Shown here: piece after piece, positions 35,219-42,607 of the stretch
Position numbering within the stretch: the stretch's first letter is position 1
How the letters are laid out: each line of letters starts with the position of its first letter
From: Candidatus Hydrogenedentota bacterium
GTDB lineage: Bacteria; Hydrogenedentota; Hydrogenedentia; Hydrogenedentales; CAITNO01
Direction of reading: 5' to 3'
Assembly: GCA_903822375.1 (NCBI GenBank)
Contig: CAIJOU010000830.1
Coordinates: 1 to 60,753 of the forward strand
DNA length: 60,753 bases
Notes under the pieces: model-generated
The model's input: the letters and a program-made list of their open reading frames with translations, nothing else
What the model was told of the DNA's origin: nothing
The model's database searches: none
Translations under genes and position numbers: made by a program

Positions 35219-36888
35219 CAGTGTGAATCCCCGCTGACGCAGGCCGAATGGCAGGCGGAATGGCAGGCGTCGTGGCACGCCGAGTGGCAGGCCGAATGGC
35301 AGGCGTCATGACACGCCGAGTGGCACGCATCGTGGCAGGCCGTGTGCTCGAAGCACCCCTTTACGGTGGCGCCGGAAATCGTAGGATTGGTGTACTGCGT
35401 GTAGGTCATGTTGCCATAGTCCTGGCCGAAATAGGTCCCGTAGTAGAAGGGGGACCTCCCCCACTGCATGCCGCCGTAGTCCATCTGCCGGGCATCCTCT
35501 TGACGCGCCGTTTCATCCCGCCGGGCCGTCTGTCCGGCCGGGGCGTTCAACTCGCCCACCATGTCGCGGTAGAAAGCCTTGGTGGCTTCCAGGTCGCAAT
35601 CCCACGCCTCGGTTTGCAGGTTCTTGCACAGCAGCCGGTAGACTTCGTCCATCTCGGGACGGGTCAGGTCGCCGTCATTCTGCACAAACTGGAACACGGC
35701 CTTTTCGTAGGCGTTGGGCAGGTCGGGATTGGGCTGAAGCGCCCTGCACTGGAACGGCGACTGGCTGGTGACCTCAATGGCCCCCAGCGTTTCCAACCGC
35801 ACCACAATCGCGCTCAGGATGTCGCCAAAGCGCACATCGCACAGGGTGCAGGCCTCGTAGAGGTCAAGTTTGGCCACCTTGCCGGGCTTGCGGAAAGTGG
35901 ACACCTCAATCTGCGGCGGCACCCAGTCCTCGCGCGCCCACTGGATTTCCTGGAGCCCGTCGCGCGCGCGAAGCATCGACCGGTTCTTAAGCTGCGACAC
36001 GATCATGACCAGCAGCACGAGAAATACACCGAAACCGACGACGTAGAGCTTGTAGCGCACCCTGGCACTCGCAGGCAGAGCGTCGCCCCCTGGCGGGGTG
36101 AAGCCAATGCGCGAACTGGAAACGGGTGAGCTGTCTGTCGGCGCCCCCACAGGCTGCGTTTCCACCGGTTGCACTTCTTTCGGGGCAGTTTCCGGGAAAA
36201 TCGAGGCGTCGATGTATTGCTTGATCTGGAAGTGGTAGAGGCTGGGAACATCCTTCCGGTGGAACCGAACCGTCAGCAGGTTCTTGTCCTTGAACGGCTG
36301 TCCGTAATAAGAGATGAGGTATTCCGTATTCATGAACTTCTCGGTCATGAACTTGTACGGTTTCATCTGTTCCAGCGTGAGTTCCCCGGCGGGTATCTCT
36401 TTGGGATACATCACGCGCACGGTGTAGTGTTCCAGCGGGTCCTTCCACTGCACGGGCGCCCAGTCCAGATAGGCCAGGGATTCATCTTTGGCCTGCGTGA
36501 ACCCGGCCTCACCGGTATCCCGCAGGTTGATATAGTAAGAGAATCGGTAGACCACGTCGCCGGAATCGATAGCGCGCCCGCCCGCGAGGACGATGTCCCA
36601 TTTCCTGTCGCCGACCGCCGTGATGGTCACGGGGATGCCGTCGCCCTTGCCGTCAAGGAAGGCCTTGGCGGTGTCGGTGTAGAACTGCGGCAGGCCCCCG
36701 ACCCCTTCAAAGTAAAAACCGTGCAGGCCGCCCAGCGACTGGTAGCAGACGTTGTACACGACGATCGCGCTCATGTCCGGATTGAGGAGCATGTTCGCCT
36801 CGGCCCAGCGCGCCTTGCCCGCCGCAAACCCGATGCTGGCATGCAGCACGACCGCCAGCAGAATCACGATTGTCCGAATACGACCCAT
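35218..36888 (-). CDS. DUF2207-like single-pass membrane protein ending in an (A-C-H-D/S)n Cys/His repeat tail
   Basis: Signal peptide MGRIRTIVILLAVVLHASIGFAAG, a ~250-aa exported domain, a Pro-rich linker and one TM (YKLYVVGFGVFLVLLVMIVSQL). A ~215-aa predicted cytoplasmic region follows. The tail is GCFEHTACHDACHSACHDACHSACHSACHDACHSACHSACVSGDSH. Start trimmed from 37149. The DUF2207 assignment is by resemblance only. Confidence 0.75.
   Translation of the reverse strand: MGRIRTIVILLAVVLHASIGFAAGKARWAEANMLLNPDMSAIVVYNVCYQSLGGLHGFYFEGVGGLPQFYTDTAKAFLDGKGDGIPVTITAVGDRKWDIVLAGGRAIDSGDVVYRFSYYINLRDTGEAGFTQAKDESLAYLDWAPVQWKDPLEHYTVRVMYPKEIPAGELTLEQMKPYKFMTEKFMNTEYLISYYGQPFKDKNLLTVRFHRKDVPSLYHFQIKQYIDASIFPETAPKEVQPVETQPVGAPTDSSPVSSSRIGFTPPGGDALPASARVRYKLYVVGFGVFLVLLVMIVSQLKNRSMLRARDGLQEIQWAREDWVPPQIEVSTFRKPGKVAKLDLYEACTLCDVRFGDILSAIVVRLETLGAIEVTSQSPFQCRALQPNPDLPNAYEKAVFQFVQNDGDLTRPEMDEVYRLLCKNLQTEAWDCDLEATKAFYRDMVGELNAPAGQTARRDETARQEDARQMDYGGMQWGRSPFYYGTYFGQDYGNMTYTQYTNPTISGATVKGCFEHTACHDACHSACHDACHSACHSACHDACHSACHSACVSGDSH
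35239..35346 (-). repeat. 12-nt-period coding tandem repeat (9 x C-A-x-H read on the minus strand)
   Basis: On the plus strand the sequence reads GCAGGC(C/G)GA(A/G)TG / GCA(C/G)GC(C/G)(T/G)(C/A)(G/A)TG repeated with period 12 from 35239 to 35346. Confidence 0.85.
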
Positions 36889-37080
36889 TCTTCCGCCCTT
36901 TCCATGCCCAATGATGGGGAACACGGTTTGGGGTAAGTATAATGCAACACATGAATTTTGCCAAATTGACCGGCAACGTCCGTGGGAATTGACAAATCTA
37001 CGAAAAAGGGGTAATATTCGCCTGCGCTTTGTCGGAGTAATTTGGGAACAGCACAGAGGAGGTGCTTCCAGCCAGCCGGG

Positions 37081-37417
37081 TTGACGGCCTCTGGTACGCC
37101 GGAAATAACACTCCCAACACCGTAAAGGCAGTGGGTGGAAAACTGCCAAAAATGGAATCGTCTAGTACGGCATAAATGGCCATGTGACAGAGTGGGTCTG
37201 CGGTTACTGGCGCTACGGCTACATAGATGCGCCGCCAGATGGCCGCGCATGGACCGACTCTCCCCCGGTTCTGCTCGGGTATGCGCCCCGGTGGGGCATA
37301 CCATGTGGACGTCTTCAACTGCCGCTCGCCATCCGCGTTACCGGTCAACCGGACTTGGCATGCGACAACATCGGCTTTCGCGTAGCGCTGGACCTAAAGA
37401 CGGCACAGCCCACATAG
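37081..37417 (+). pseudogene. Decayed FGE/SUMF1-domain gene fragment
   Basis: VDGLWYAGNNTPNTVKAVGGK is followed by a frameshift, an in-frame TAG (37163-37165), then YGINGHVTEWVCGYW...DNIGFRVA. The fragment parallels VNYLWYVGNNDPGGTKAVGTK...MNGNAHEWVEDDF...TGFRVA of the intact paralog downstream. Confidence 0.55.
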
Positions 37418-37492
37418 AAAGGTTCAACCCGACCCGACCGCTGAAGTTCATGGGAACACGCACGAAAACACAACCCAGGAGGACCTCTCGAC

Positions 37493-38635
37493 ATGAACAG
37501 ACTGTTAATTTCTGCTGTGCTCGTCTTGGCAACCGCCGTCATCTGCCTGGGGGCCGGCTGCAAGCCGGGCGAGCCCGTGGCCGGATTCGACATGGACCGC
37601 ACCACGGGCACGGCGCCGCTGACCGTACAGTTCACAGACATGTCTTACATTGACAATGCCTCGCACATTGTCTTCTGGAATTGGGAGTTCGGTGACGGCG
37701 GCGTCTCAAACGTTCAGAATCCGTCACACACATACGTCGCGCCGGGCACATATCACCCGCGTCTGACCGTGGGTTCCAACAACGGCCCAACGGGCACTGC
37801 CTCACCCTCCACCGTGATCACGGCGCTGGCCGCTGTGCCCACCGAGGTCACCATCAATCTGCCGGGCGGTGTGCCCCTGGTGCTGGTGCGCGTGGCCGCC
37901 GGCAGTTTCATGATGGGCAACGCCGCCGGTGAACGGGGCGCGCAGTACTGGCAGATGCCCCAGCATTCCGTAAACATTGACTCCGCGTTCTACATGGGCA
38001 AGTACGAGGTGACCCAGGCGCAATGGCTGGCCCTTATGCATTCCTGGCCCCACGGGGCGCCCTACGACCTAAACGGGTTTGGGGACAACTATCCCGCCTA
38101 CGCCCTGACCTGGGACGATGCCAAGGACTTCGTGGTCGCGCTCAACACGCATATTCTGGCCACGGTCCAAGGGTCGGCAAACATGCGCCTGCCCTCGGAG
38201 GCCGAGTGGGAGTATGCCTGCCGCGCCGGCACAACCACCCGCTTCTTCTTTGGCGATTCCCTGGACTGCGGCGACCTCGATGAAAACTGCACGGCCGGCG
38301 TGCTGGCCGGTGACCGGGTCAACTACCTGTGGTACGTCGGAAACAACGACCCCGGCGGCACAAAGGCCGTGGGCACGAAATGGGCAAACCAGTTTGGCCT
38401 CTTTGACATGAACGGCAATGCGCACGAGTGGGTGGAGGACGACTTCCACGACAGCTACACCGGCGCGCCGTCCGGCCGTGCGGCATGGAACGATTCACCC
38501 CGCGCCGGTGAACGGGTGCTTCGCGGCGGTGCATACGACCAGAATATCGTCTACTGCACGTCTTCCAGCCGGGCTTCCTCCGCCCCGAACAATTGGTCGC
38601 TCAGCACCGGTTTCCGCGTCGCGCGGAACCCCTGA
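37493..38635 (+). CDS. Lipoprotein with a PKD domain and a formylglycine-generating-enzyme (SUMF1) domain
   Basis: Lipobox LGAGC. PKD domain (TGTAPLTVQFTD..WNWEFGDGG..NPSHTYVAPGTY). FGE domain (FYMGKYEVTQAQW, RLPSEAEWEYACRAGT, GNAHEWVEDD, RVLRGGAY). Confidence 0.85.
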   Translation: MNRLLISAVLVLATAVICLGAGCKPGEPVAGFDMDRTTGTAPLTVQFTDMSYIDNASHIVFWNWEFGDGGVSNVQNPSHTYVAPGTYHPRLTVGSNNGPTGTASPSTVITALAAVPTEVTINLPGGVPLVLVRVAAGSFMMGNAAGERGAQYWQMPQHSVNIDSAFYMGKYEVTQAQWLALMHSWPHGAPYDLNGFGDNYPAYALTWDDAKDFVVALNTHILATVQGSANMRLPSEAEWEYACRAGTTTRFFFGDSLDCGDLDENCTAGVLAGDRVNYLWYVGNNDPGGTKAVGTKWANQFGLFDMNGNAHEWVEDDFHDSYTGAPSGRAAWNDSPRAGERVLRGGAYDQNIVYCTSSSRASSAPNNWSLSTGFRVARNP

Positions 38636-38682
38636 GCGCCAACGGCGCGCTGCACGCCGCCGCCCATCCGGACTGCCCTGTT

Positions 38683-38711
38683 ACGCCCGCCCTCGCGGCG
38701 GGCGTTCTTTC
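38683..38711 (+). terminator. Rho-independent terminator after the PKD-FGE gene
   Basis: ACGCCCGCC (38683-38691), loop CTCGC, GGCGGGCGT (38697-38705), then TCTTTCT. Confidence 0.5.
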
Positions 38712-38807
38712 TCCCACCCACCGGCAGAGGGTGGACAGACTCGGGGTTACCCGCCAACAGCCTCCGTTTTGCGAAACTGGTTCGTTCCGCCGCGCCGCGC
38801 GGCACAC

Positions 38808-38915
38808 TTACCGGTTCCGCGCGAAATCCCGCATGGCCCGCACGTTCTCCAGCGGTGTGTCGCGCACGACCTCGCACCCGGCGCTGACCACATAGCGGTC
38901 GCCGCAGGCCGCATG
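38808..38915 (-). pseudogene. Orphan 3'-terminal fragment (last ~35 codons) of an MtaA/UroD-family gene
   Basis: Encodes ..HAACGDRYVVSAGCEVVRDTPLENVRAMRDFARNR*. The 105 nt at 38811-38915 match 41547-41651 (the end of the intact gene) at 97/105 positions with no indels. Confidence 0.65.
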
Positions 38916-38979
38916 CCCGGAACTCCGACCGTGGAAGCCTGCATGGATTAGGCGGCGATGCGGGATGTAAAATGCGGCC

Positions 38980-41490
38980 ATGAACAGCAAGGCAAGGGCG
39001 TCTTTGTGGGAGAGAATCCGGATGCGGCACGTTGATGCACCACCGTTCGCATCCACCCGCGCAGCGTTGGTTTCCTATGAGATGGGCCGGGCAAGATGGT
39101 ATCTCCCCAAGATGACGCTGCTGTTCTGGGTCTTGGGGATCGGGCTGTACTGGATTATAACCATGGGGCTTACCGACCCAGCCATGCAAGCCCGTTGGCG
39201 CGCGAATGCGTTCTTCTTCATTACGCAGGCGCTACCCTCGCTGGCGCTGTTGCTGCCGGCGCTGAGTTGGCAGTTCGTCATGGAATGGTGCCCGCGGAAG
39301 AAGAAGAAACTCCGCCGTCTGGATTGGATGGCAAGGATTCCGGTGAGCAAGCAGGAACAGGCGCGGGCACGCGTCCTGGCGGCCGCAGTGAATCTTGGCG
39401 TGACGCTGGTCGGAATCGCCATGCTGAACGTGCTGTCCTTCCTGCTGGCGGACCATTCGGCCGCAGCCGGTCTGTTGAGCGACGCCTGGGCGCATGGCGA
39501 GACCAGTGTCCGCGAGATCATGCTGATATGTCTTGGCCCGGTGCTGGTCACCGGGCTGCTCGCGTGGATCGCCATGACCAACGTGGCGGGCATCCTTGGA
39601 CTGTTCATGGTTACATGGCTGGGATTCCAATGCATGGTAATGCCCGCAGTCTGCACGGAACGGGGTTGTTCCTGCGGACCCTTTGAAATGGCGTTCCTCG
39701 TGTCTGCAACCTGGTTCAGCCTGTTGCATCCCACGTTGTCCACGTTTTCCTTCTTTGTCGCTTCAGCCTGCCACAACATGATATCCCGCCGTGCTGCATG
39801 GCTCTCAACGGCGGTCTGGGCTTTTATTGCGCTGGCGCTGTATCCCTTGGCCCAACTCTCCCGCCCGTCCTGGTCCGTCCACTGGGTAAATCCGGCCGGG
39901 CTGGCAATCGCCTGCCTCTGCCTGTCGGGGTGGCTCGTGCTCGGCTGGGTGACCATTGTGTTCCGCATGCGTGGTTACGAGATGTGGGCCGTGCCGCAGG
40001 AGAACCCCGTGCAGCACGAACGATTCAAGGTGTCGCACTCAACATTCCATCAAGTGGGCTGCGCGGCAGCGGTACTCCTGATTGCCGTGTTCTGGGCATG
40101 GTTACAGTGGCCGGTGGAACCGGCCGTCAAGACAACCCTGCGAAGCCAGGGCCTTCCCGCCGATTCGAACGAGTTGAACCGCTGGTATGCGAGTGTGCCG
40201 CCAGAGGAGAACGTCGCACTGAGATATCAAGCGGCTGCGGACACGGAATTTTGCCAATATGTCGCGTGGCTCAAGTCCCTCGATTCCAAAGCGGGGGCTG
40301 CGTCAACGCCGGAACGCAAAGCGCTGGAAGACAATGTGCTCATGTTCGGACACCCGGAAGTGGAGCGCACAAAGCCCATACCGGCAGAGGTGTGGGCTGC
40401 CACACAGAACTACCGGAATATAGTAGGCCGGCCGGTGGCGGAAATGCTGCATGAGATAGCTCGGTCTGGCCTGTGGAAGAGTCGCTATCCAGTCGATTTG
40501 GGGCAGGGGTATTCCGCTGAACTTGGTCACCTGGCGCGGTTGCGCAGGCTGGCGCGCGCTATGGCAATCGAGGGATGGACGGCTGCGGTGGAACGCCGCC
40601 CGGAAGACGCAGTAAATTCGGTTCGCGACATTCTTCCCATCGCCAACTCCTTGAGCGAGGAACCGATCGTCCTCTCTCAACTGGTGCGCACGGCCATCAC
40701 GGGGATTGCCGTCCAGAATCTGGAGAACATCCTCAACCGCATGGAGCTGTCCGATCCTTTGCTGGCCCGTATGCAAGAGACCCTGGCCAACGCCCTGCCC
40801 CCGTTGTGGCAGGGGCCGTTTATCAACAGGGCACTGGCAGGAGAATGCGCGACTTCCCTCGACTACGCCGGGGAGTATTATTTGTCGTTGGCGGCAAACG
40901 ACAAAGCGGAACCAGTCGAAGGGGTGGTTCCGGCCATCAGTGTTGCGCTGCCCCTAATCAATTTACTGGGCTCGGACGCCTTTGAACGGGCCGTGTTCGC
41001 CAATTCCTTCAGACTGATTCAAAACGCCGCGGACAACGCGGCCCGGACAGACACTCTGCCTGACATCCTGGCCGCACTGCACTGGAAGGAGAAATCTTTT
41101 TTGGCGTTCCGAACACCCATGGTCAACGCGCTCATGCCGGCATTCGACCGTGTCTTCGCGTCGGAACTGCGCATCCGTACACAATTGAGCCTGGCACAAA
41201 CGGCGCTGGCGGTGGAGCGGTTCCGGTTGGCGAACGGACGATTGGCGGAGCGCTTGGAGGAAGTGGTGCCCACGTTTCTCGACCGCGTCCCCACAGACCC
41301 GTGGAACGGCGGGAAGCACATTTCGTACCGGGTGAAGGAGAACGGCGAATTTGTTGTCTACAGCTACGGCAAGAACAAGACCGACGAAAAAGGCGAGGAG
41401 ATGAAGGACTGGTGGGACAAGGGGGACGTCACGTTTACCGTCGCGCCGGTGGCGGCGCGGGAGCAGCCGCAGGTGGCGGGAACAGTGTAG
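38980..41490 (+). CDS. Large membrane protein: N-terminal polytopic region, helical-repeat middle and a GspG/pseudopilin-like C-terminal fold
   Basis: About 8 TM segments in the first ~350 aa. The C-terminus (VPTDPWNGGKHISYRVKENGEFVVYSYGKNKTDEKG) resembles the type II secretion G-pseudopilin globular end. Function unknown. Confidence 0.7.
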   Translation: MNSKARASLWERIRMRHVDAPPFASTRAALVSYEMGRARWYLPKMTLLFWVLGIGLYWIITMGLTDPAMQARWRANAFFFITQALPSLALLLPALSWQFVMEWCPRKKKKLRRLDWMARIPVSKQEQARARVLAAAVNLGVTLVGIAMLNVLSFLLADHSAAAGLLSDAWAHGETSVREIMLICLGPVLVTGLLAWIAMTNVAGILGLFMVTWLGFQCMVMPAVCTERGCSCGPFEMAFLVSATWFSLLHPTLSTFSFFVASACHNMISRRAAWLSTAVWAFIALALYPLAQLSRPSWSVHWVNPAGLAIACLCLSGWLVLGWVTIVFRMRGYEMWAVPQENPVQHERFKVSHSTFHQVGCAAAVLLIAVFWAWLQWPVEPAVKTTLRSQGLPADSNELNRWYASVPPEENVALRYQAAADTEFCQYVAWLKSLDSKAGAASTPERKALEDNVLMFGHPEVERTKPIPAEVWAATQNYRNIVGRPVAEMLHEIARSGLWKSRYPVDLGQGYSAELGHLARLRRLARAMAIEGWTAAVERRPEDAVNSVRDILPIANSLSEEPIVLSQLVRTAITGIAVQNLENILNRMELSDPLLARMQETLANALPPLWQGPFINRALAGECATSLDYAGEYYLSLAANDKAEPVEGVVPAISVALPLINLLGSDAFERAVFANSFRLIQNAADNAARTDTLPDILAALHWKEKSFLAFRTPMVNALMPAFDRVFASELRIRTQLSLAQTALAVERFRLANGRLAERLEEVVPTFLDRVPTDPWNGGKHISYRVKENGEFVVYSYGKNKTDEKGEEMKDWWDKGDVTFTVAPVAAREQPQVAGTV

Positions 41491-41540
41491 TCAGCGGCAG
41501 TATTCGAGAAAGACGACACCCCCCGACCGCCTTTCGGAGG

Positions 41541-42554
41541 TCAGTCCCGGTTCCGCGCGAAATCCCGCATGGCCCGCACATTCTCCAGCGGCGTGTCGCG
41601 CACAACCTCGCAGCCCGCGCTGACCACGTAGGGCTCGCCGCAGGCCGCATGGCAGACGCTGAGCGCCGAGCGAATGGTCTCGGGCGTGCCGCCGCGCAGC
41701 ACGGACACGGGGTCGATGTTGCCGAGCAGAACCTGGTTGGGGCCCATGGCGGTGCGGGCGTCGGCCATGCTGACCATGTGGTCAAGGTCGACAATTTCGC
41801 AACCCAGTTTGCCCATGCTCTCAAGAATGGGCGAGGTGTTGCCGCAAATGTGCAGCCGCGCCATGCCGCCTGCCGCGTGAATCCCCTCAACAAGCTCTTT
41901 CTCGTATTGCCAAACGTACTCGTCGTAGACCATCGGGCCCACCAGCGACGCGGCCGCGTCGCCGACGCCGATGATGTCCACGCCCGCGTCGATCTGCGCT
42001 TTGGCAAAGGCGAGCCCGGTCTCCGCGGCAAAAGCCATGAGGTCGCGCACGAAATCGGGCTCCTCGAAAAAGTCCATCATCAGGTGGTTGATGCCGCGCA
42101 GGTCGGCCGCCAGCGCGATGGGTCCCTCAACCCAGCCCTCGATGAGTCTCTCGCCGCCAATCTTCCCGCGAAACAATGCCGCGGCATTGACGCGGTCGGT
42201 CATGCGCCCGCCGCCAAGGGGGTCGGGCTGCTTCAGCCCGGCCAGCGCGGTCTTGTCCGCCAGCAGGGCGTTGCCCTCGTCGAGCGCGGGCGGCTGGTCG
42301 TCGAACCAGACAACCGGCGCGCCGCAGTCGGCCGATTCGCGGGCGGGATCGGAGATGCAGGAGACGAAATCGAAATCATACGCCTCGGCCACGCGCAACT
42401 GGCCCTCGACCAGCAGGCGGTAATCGGCGGCGTATTTCCCGTAGGGCACGCCGATGTGGTCCGCCGCAAACATCATGGTGATGGGCATAAAGGGTGTGGC
42501 GTCGACGGGTTTGCCGTCGATGCAGGCGCGGACGCGTTCAAAGCCGTTCATCAT
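41541..42554 (-). CDS. Uroporphyrinogen-decarboxylase-family methyltransferase (MtaA/MT2-like)
   Basis: URO-D family profile with the zinc motif RLHICGNT (H-x-C) and C-terminal YVVSAGCEV. Start trimmed to MMNGFERV. Confidence 0.8.
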   Translation of the reverse strand: MMNGFERVRACIDGKPVDATPFMPITMMFAADHIGVPYGKYAADYRLLVEGQLRVAEAYDFDFVSCISDPARESADCGAPVVWFDDQPPALDEGNALLADKTALAGLKQPDPLGGGRMTDRVNAAALFRGKIGGERLIEGWVEGPIALAADLRGINHLMMDFFEEPDFVRDLMAFAAETGLAFAKAQIDAGVDIIGVGDAAASLVGPMVYDEYVWQYEKELVEGIHAAGGMARLHICGNTSPILESMGKLGCEIVDLDHMVSMADARTAMGPNQVLLGNIDPVSVLRGGTPETIRSALSVCHAACGEPYVVSAGCEVVRDTPLENVRAMRDFARNRD

Positions 42555-42607
42555 GCAGTCTCCAATGGTGGCGGTGCCGAGAAGTATCACTTCGCGGCGT
42601 TGCGGAA

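Noticed and set aside
29000-35311. Series of long plus-strand ORFs (29000-30391, 30458-31342, 31323-32633, 32905-34197, 34181-35311)
   Set aside because: All lie antisense to recognisable minus-strand genes (GT2, GT4, GT4, membrane protein, radical SAM). The translations are Arg/Gly/His/Pro-rich without domains. The 'WQAEWQAS' end of 34181-35311 is merely the reverse reading of the Cys/His repeat.
36889-37149. 5' extensions of trimmed ORFs (also 3122-3181, 4253-4288, 6063-6194, 10139-10330, 12797-12907, 20473-20529, 23509-23838, 32505-32777, 33907-34239, 35219-35278, 42555-42728, 44927-45034, 49837-49992, 51604-51732, 53184-53588)
   Set aside because: The extensions are Arg/Pro/Cys-rich and overlap neighbouring genes or intergenic DNA. 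Each precedes an internal ATG that gives a proper signal peptide, RBS or family-typical N-terminus.
37135-37653. 172-aa plus-strand ORF spanning the FGE pseudogene and the start of the PKD-FGE gene
   Set aside because: It is out of frame with both the pseudogene fragments and the intact lipoprotein gene, with no motifs.
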